Assembly (NCBI RefSeq): GCF_004010195.1
Contig: NC_057753.1
Location: 2,459,285-2,519,284, forward strand
DNA length: 60,000 nucleotides
Direction of reading: 5' to 3'
Source of the DNA: Chiloscyllium plagiosum
Lineage: Eukaryota
The position numbers and the translations under genes are program-made. Below, piece by piece: positions 53,627-60,000 of the stretch. Positions within the stretch are counted from its first letter, which is position 1, and the number at the start of each line of letters is the position of its first letter. Below the pieces are notes generated by a model, which was not told the origin of the DNA, ran no database searches, and worked only from the letters and a program-made list of their open reading frames with translations.

Positions 53627-53938
53627 AGATTAGATTACATTACAGTGTGGAAACAGGCCCTTCGGCCCAACTAGTCCACACCGACCCGCCGAAGCACAAT
53701 CCACCCATACCCCTACATTTACCCCTATACCTAACAGTACGGGCAATTTAGCATGGCCAATTCACCTGACCTGCACATCTTTGGACTGTGGGAGGAAATT
53801 GGAGCACCCAGAGGAAACCCACGCAGACACGAGGAGAACGTGCAAACTCCACACAGTCAGTCGCCTGAGGCGGGAAATGAACCCGGGTCTCTGGCACTGT
53901 GAGGCAACAGTGCTAACCACTGTGCCACCGTGTCGCCC
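53627..53938 (-). mobile_element. Full-length, well-preserved HE1-type (V-SINE) SINE
   Basis: Minus strand begins gggcgacacggTGGCACAGTGGttagcactg (A box), gacccgGGTTCATTTCC (B box), V-domain ctgtgtggagtttgcacgttctcc, CR1-derived tail ending (taatc)n. Confidence 0.92.
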
Positions 53939-54157
53939 GCACATTTGAACAAGTTCAGCCTCCCTCAAAATAAAGTTGGAGACATGTGAACAGATCAATC
54001 CCACCATATGCAGGCACATGAACTCATAGAGCAACAGTGCTAACCACTGTGCCACCGTGCCGCCCGCACATTTGAAGAAGTTCTGCCTCCCTCAAAATAA
54101 AGTTGGAGACATGTGAACAGATCAATCCCACCATATGCAGGCACATGAACTCATAGA
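53904..54157. repeat. 127-bp tandem duplication (53904-54030, 54031-54157)
   Basis: Two copies covering the SINE head and its flank; three mismatches seen. Confidence 0.9.
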
Positions 54158-54610
54158 GTCATAAAACACTGAAACAGACCCTTCAGTCAAATTAATCTGG
54201 GCCGACCAGATATCCCAATCTGACTTAGTCTCATTTGCCATCAGTTGGCCCAAAACGCGCTGAACCCTTCCTGTTCATACACGCATCCAGGTACCTTTTA
54301 AATGCTGTAATTATGCCAACCTCAGCAATTCCCCCTGCAGCTTATTCCATATACATAGCATCCTCTGTGTGAAAAAGTTACACTTCAGCATTTTAAAAAA
54401 AAAAAACTTTCCCCTTTCATCATAAATCATCCCTTCTAGTTTTGGACTCACAGATCCTCAGAAAAAAAAAACCCTTAGCTATTCATGATATCATTGTCCA
54501 TCATGATTTTGTAAACCTCTGTAAGACTGACACTCAGCCGCCCGACGCTCCAAGGGATAAAACATCCCAGCCAATTTAGCCTCTCCTTGGAATCCATATC
54601 CCCCAGTATC
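54152..54610 (-). mobile_element. CR1 LINE 3' fragment
   Basis: catagagtcataaaacactgaaacagacccttcagtc...cttttaaatgctgtaatt...ttctagttttggactc. Confidence 0.8.
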
Positions 54611-56614
54611 AGTTCATCCTTCAAACAGTGCAGTCACGCCTTGAGCCTTCCATTGACTGTCTATTCTCAAGGATTTTGACTGTCTGGAAATAGAGAGGAG
54701 GTATAAATTCCCGCTGTACCGGAAGGAGAATTGTTTAATGATACACATTACACCAATCCTTTTACATTTTGAAGAAGCCAAAAGTGTCTTCACTGCTTAT
54801 GGTCCATAGGATAGATCTTCTGCATTTCCGTATTCAGTGTCTTCTAAGTTTCACAACCTAGGAGATTGGTATTTCTTTTTTTATTTCATTCAAATTTCTC
54901 TCCTGATAACTGACATTTTTTGTAAAGTCCCATCACGTTTCTAAGTCTTGTATAATGTCCAGGGATATGGATTTGTGGGAAAATTCTATGAAACCCAGAT
55001 TATTCTGTTTAGAGAAAAAAAACGAGATATTTCATGGGTCTGTTTATAAGGATTGAGGGATCGCGGGGTTTGGAACATTGAAAGCGACAGTTTCCACTAA
55101 CGGTGAAATGGAATGTGAACAGAACAAATTGTCTCCATTGAGGAGAGTCAGGAATTGAAGAAGTGGAAGATAATTTAAGGAAAAAATAATCTGGTATCTT
55201 TATTTGTATTTATTTGTTTATAACCATTGTATCGTTTGTCACAAATAACTTGCAACTTTACCAGAGTGAATAAGAGGGGGGCCCAGAGTGAATAAGTTTT
55301 TTTATAATACTTGATATCTATCTGAGTCTCGACACATGGTCTCACTTCACACTCTTCCTGATGTAAAGAACGTTCCACCAATTAGGGGATCATGCTTATC
55401 TTAATGACCACATAAATGGGTAAAACCTATCGGAGTCTCCAGACTTTCATATTGTGCTAAATGTCAAGGAAATATCACCCCGAACTTGTCAAGCTTCCTG
55501 CGGTCAAAGCAGCTGAACACAAGGGCAGAAGGTGGATTTTCTTTGCCTGGGGAGAGATAAATAAAGGTCGAGTGCTCATAGTGGTTGGAATGAACAGGAA
55601 CATATCCAGAAGGATTCAGCACAGAAAGGCATAAATCAGCTTGGAGTGCACGTTTAAATTAGTAGTTTGCATGATTGAACACCAATAATAATTGTCTTCG
55701 TCTAAACACGAGGCAATATGATCGGTCCATATATTACAGAATAAATCCTACAGTTGCAACTCATATTTAATGAAAAAGCTAGTCATTAGCATTTGAAACT
55801 GCACAGAGCAACCGAAAAAGTTTTCTAACCCTTTGATTGAATAATTGGAACCTGACAACAGGATTTGAATTTGCACCAACTTTGATGGTAAAATATTAAC
55901 AACTTCTTAAAGCAGATACAAAGTATAACCCACTGCACCTTGCAGTGCCAGCCAACCAATATTTTCGTCAGTCACCCTGCAATGTATGCAATCCCCTTTT
56001 TTTCGGCCTGCTGCAAGTCAACAATACACCATCGATTTCTCCGTCACTCGCGAAGTGCATTTAATTGCATGGCCTGACGTGGAAGCATGAGCACACACGC
56101 CTGCAATAAGAAACAAGCCTAAATCCAATGCAGCAGATTGCACAGCCATGCTACCCGAGCAATTGTTGTATTGTCAACTTTCCCTCCAAGGGCATAATCA
56201 AAGATTATTTTAGCTTGACCATTTCCTCTCATCCTTCATGCTTCCCGTCTAAGAAACACCTTCATTTTAAAAATGTCCATTTTCCAAAGCATGACATGGC
56301 CTTGGCCCTCTTTATGTTTGCATTCCATTCCAGTGATGCAACTATCCGATATATCGATGCTGCATTCAATCAATTATTGCAATGTTACTCAACCATCCTT
56401 TGTGTACCTTTATTCAGATAAGAATCAGCAAACCACTGGGATTCCGCCTTTAACTTTGTTGTCTCTGTCCATTTATCTATCCTTTTTGTGACCCACCATC
56501 TTTATAAATCCAATCAGGTGAAGAAGCACATTGCCATCCGCCCGAGCATGCATTTAAAATTCATTCAAGGCTCAGATCGTAATAATCTGCCCTTTGATTA
56601 ACATATTCTGAGAA

Positions 56615-56940
56615 CAGACCCTACTCCCAAAATATGAACATGGAAATTAAGGTTAAAGTTCTAGTGCACAAGCCGTGGTGTGCAGCACTATCCGAAATGC
56701 TTGTTTTGGATCGGACGCTTTTAAAGAATACAAGAGATTTGAACGTTCTCCTGGCCAATGTTGAACCTTCAACCAATATCACAAGTGCTCCATATCTTTT
56801 CATGATCACGTTACAGGTTGTGACTGCTTATTATGCAAATACACGGACCGCATTTCTGACATTACAACAATGACTAGATGGGAAAAAAAATCACTTTCAA
56901 CTCTCACGGACATTTTAGGCTGTCTAATGTTTGTAAAATT
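56615..56940 (+). mobile_element. Ancient DeuSINE-like (SacSINE1/AmnSINE1-type) remnant
   Basis: tcctggccaatgttgaaccttcaaccaatatcac...gcatttctgacattacaacaatgacta resembles the Deu domain and tail as I recall them; not verified against a library. Confidence 0.55.
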
Positions 56941-57593
56941 CTCGGTGTAGTTGGTTATTACGTTCCACATTCACCACAACGCTCAAAGGCTTCCTTCACA
57001 TTCCAATCAAGTCTCAAATAGGATTGGCTTATGTGACCATCTATCATTTTCTATTTTCCATCAAAATTATTTCCTCCTTCTATTTCGATATGACAATTTA
57101 TTTTGTTCATGTTTTCGATGACACAAAATCTAACTGACATTATCGACAAAAAAAATGAGTGAGGCAGTGAACATTTCCTATCACCAATATTTGCAGAGAT
57201 TGTAACGATTTAAAAAAAAACTTCTAAATCACACATATTTATTTCCCTTACACGAATCAGTCAGAAGTGAGAAACTGTCATTAGAATTGGAAATGCACCT
57301 GTTTAGTACTCACATACCCTGGACCGCAACTGTCACTGCCAGATTACAGCAGCAAAAACAAGTTCCTCCGAACATAACATCAAAGTTGTAAAATAGATAC
57401 TCACGTTATGTATTTGTTTTCTCAAGTAAAACCTATATGCAACATAATGAGCAGTCCATTCATTATCTAAAAAATATTGCAGTTAAAGTCCCAGAGTAGA
57501 AGAGTAAAAACAAACTGAAATAACATTCTCACGAGCAGGTGGTAACTGACAGTTTAATAGACCTGTTCAGAGACGTCAAACTGTAATGCATGT

Positions 57594-57997
57594 TCAAAGT
57601 TTGTGCGAAGATTTGTAGCTCGGGTGCTCGTTGTGGTGGTTCTGTTCGCCGAGCTGGAAGTTTTTGTTGCAAACGTTTCTTCCCCTAGCTAGGCGACATC
57701 ATCAGTGCTTGGGAGCCTCCCGCGAAGCGCTTCTTTGATGTTTCCTCCGGTGTTTATAGTGGTCTGTCCCTGCCGCTTCCGGTTGTCAGTTTCAGCTGTC
57801 TGCTGTAGTGGTTGGGAAATTGGGTCCAGGTCGATGTGTTTGTTGATGGAGTTTCTGGATGAATGTCATGCCTCTAGGAATTCCCTGGCTGTTCTCTGTC
57901 TGGCTTGCCCTATGATAGTAGTTGTCCCAGTCGAATTCATGTTGCTTGTTGAGGAGGCTCCCAAGCACTGATGATGTCGCCTAGCCAGGGGACGAAA
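57594..57997 (-). mobile_element. Short Penelope-like insertion with an inverted terminal piece and 12-bp TSD
   Basis: TSD tgtaatgcatgt at 57582 and 57998; minus strand encodes the GIY-YIG C-terminus 'TTIIGQARQRTAREFLEA*HSSRNSINKHIDLDPI'; ~57953-57997 is an inverted copy of ~57676-57720. Confidence 0.88.
57669..57708 (-). ncRNA. Minimal type I hammerhead ribozyme motif
   Basis: Minus strand GCA-CTGATGA-TGTCGCCTAGCTAGGGGAA-GAAA-C-GTT-TGC: core boxes, palindromic stem III, GCA/TGC stem I; one mismatch at the base of stem II. Confidence 0.65.
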
Positions 57998-58489
57998 TGT
58001 AATGCATGTCCATTGGTTAGTTCCTGTGAAATCCGTACAGAACACCAACAGCCTTGACACCTGGCATGGATCTAACACAAAGATAGCATGAGATAATAGG
58101 TGCAAATTCTTTCAGCAAGATATCGAATTCCATTTCATTGATCTGTTCAATTATGAGCCGAAGTTTTGGAATTTTATCGCTATTTGAATAAAAATAGGAA
58201 GGAATACTTCTGAGCGTTTTTCATGATCGTAGTAACTTTATAGTCACGCTGAGCTTTGCAGGAATAAAAATAAAACATACGTGGGTGCAGGAGTAGGCAA
58301 TTCAGCCCATCTAGCCTATTGTTCCAATTGATACAAACATGTCTGATATTATCTCAGTCTCCACTTTCCAACCGCACTCCATAGCACTTCAAAGGGTACA
58401 ACTTAAAAATCCATCCATATCCTCCTTAACTTAACTCAATGTCTTGCCATCCATTGAACTCTGGAGTCATGAAGATTCACGATCCTTTG

Positions 58490-59207
58490 TGTTACGACAC
58501 GGGGTGACCTTACTGCTTAATTTAAAACCAGCAACACTGAAGAGGTTTATCCCATTTAGTAATCTGAAAAAAAAATCAAATGGCCAAGGACTGTTTAAAG
58601 TAAAAATTAACAATTTTATTTCTTTAAGTGTGACAGAGAATAATTAACTTACCACTATTTCCAATTTCTTCCTCGAGCATATATTTTACCTTTAATACTA
58701 TAATACTAGTCTGATAAAACTCCCAGTTAAGATTTACAAAACAAAACACACATCTTATTTCAACAACAGGCAGCTTTCGTTCTTCTGTTTGGATCTTCCT
58801 GTGTCTTCTTTTATTTTTCTGAGGAATTTCTGTATCACAGTTAAGTGCTCGAAAAGGTACGTCAAAGAAAGCTTTTTTTCCAAGCAGTCTGTTTATTCGC
58901 TGAGCTTGGCAGATCTCCTCTCAATGGTTCAATTTTCCCACATCTTATTCCACCAAAGCATCAGATTGTGTCATTGGTTTTTAAGATTGTCAATATACGA
59001 AATATAAACTGGAATGGCGTTTGATATTTTTCGAGGTATAATTTAAATTGATTGACAGAACTCGATTTTTTTTTTGTCTCCAGGGAATGAACTAATCGAG
59101 TTGTTCGACCAAGTATTACACTGTTGCCTTAATAATAAGATTTGGTGCTGTGTCCGGTATTTCTGCTGCGTTTATATCACTTAAAGTGCACCCACACCGT
59201 CATAAAA
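58490..59207 (-). mobile_element. Putative solo LTR (718 bp), same family as 48979-49697, inserted into a CR1 3' fragment (~58270-59260)
   Basis: Starts tgttacgacac..., reverse complement of the 49.0-49.7 kb element along its length; perfect 4-bp TSD tttg (58486-58489, 59208-59211). Confidence 0.8.
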
Positions 59208-60000
59208 TTTGAAAGAAGTATTCTTTTCCCTCAACTCCGTTTTAAATATTCTACCCTTGTTATAAAATTATGATTATAAGTTTGACTATCACTTGTTCCA
59301 AATAAAATCCGCATCCATTCTTGATCTTTAATGGCGGGAGTTTGTGGTATTGAAACATTTATGTTGCTACTGTTAGAGTTTATTGGCTTTATCCCTAAAG
59401 TAGTGAGAATTATGGCACATGAGCATGAATTTTAAGCGTACACTGCCCCTCGAGAAAAATAGTTTCAAGAAATATCTTGGGCCAGTTTCGACTTGTCACT
59501 TGTTTAATAGCACTTACCATGAATTTATTCGGCATTAGCTCCGTGCTTGCAGCCCCTGATCCAGGTCGTTTTCTGGTGATTGATCGTGGATGAAATGCGA
59601 AAATCATAATAGTTCTAAAATTTGTGTTGTCCGTGACTTTGATTTTCATATGAGGTTGATAGTAGTCAGGAAATCTCTGTAAAGCAATCATTAACAAAAG
59701 CGACCAGGGTTAAAAAAGCATTATAACTTTCAACTGCAAGTATATCACAACTTTACTTCTGCTAATTGTGGACCCAGTAATATCCGAGCATTGAACCAGA
59801 TATATCGAATTAAAGGTTGTTCTGCTCAGAATGATTTATCTCTTAGTGCTAGATACTGTGAATGGCGCCTTCAGTTTAATAATCGTCAAGCTGCGACTGA
59901 TGCAGTTCATTTTGACTGGGTGCTGAGTCCCATGGACAGGAAGTATTCGGACCCTGGTCAACTGACTCGTTTGGTTATTTGTTGCTTGGTGATAAACCTG

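Noticed and set aside
53860..53938. tRNA gene (also 35480-35540 and 16340-16410)
   Set aside because: A/B boxes belong to SINE heads continuous with SINE bodies; no convincing cloverleaf.
59410..59760. Possible further minus-strand GPCR remnant (TM5-like ttaaccctggtcgcttttgttaatgattg)
   Set aside because: Similarity is too weak to support by eye; needs a tBLASTn or HMM test.

Overview
AT-rich, repeat-dense vertebrate DNA, almost certainly from a cartilaginous fish (HE1/V-SINEs, shark-type CR1 LINEs, Penelope-like elements; the species cannot be fixed from this window). The backbone is three diverged tandem copies of a ~19-22 kb unit (starting near 1, 18.8 kb and 41.0 kb). Each unit carries a two-exon class A GPCR of the GPR139/GPR142-like type on the + strand. 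Only the middle gene is intact (exon 1 25706-25775 + exon 2 27536-28452, 328 aa); the other two are pseudogenes. Three extra 70-nt exon-1-like cassettes (21039, 40656, 44215) and an antisense fragment of the receptor in every unit complicate the architecture. The rest is a C2H2 zinc-finger pseudogene, CR1 fragments, SINEs, two solo LTRs of one family, and three Penelope-like insertions carrying minimal hammerhead-ribozyme motifs. Repeat boundaries were set by eye and are approximate unless a TSD or splice site is quoted.
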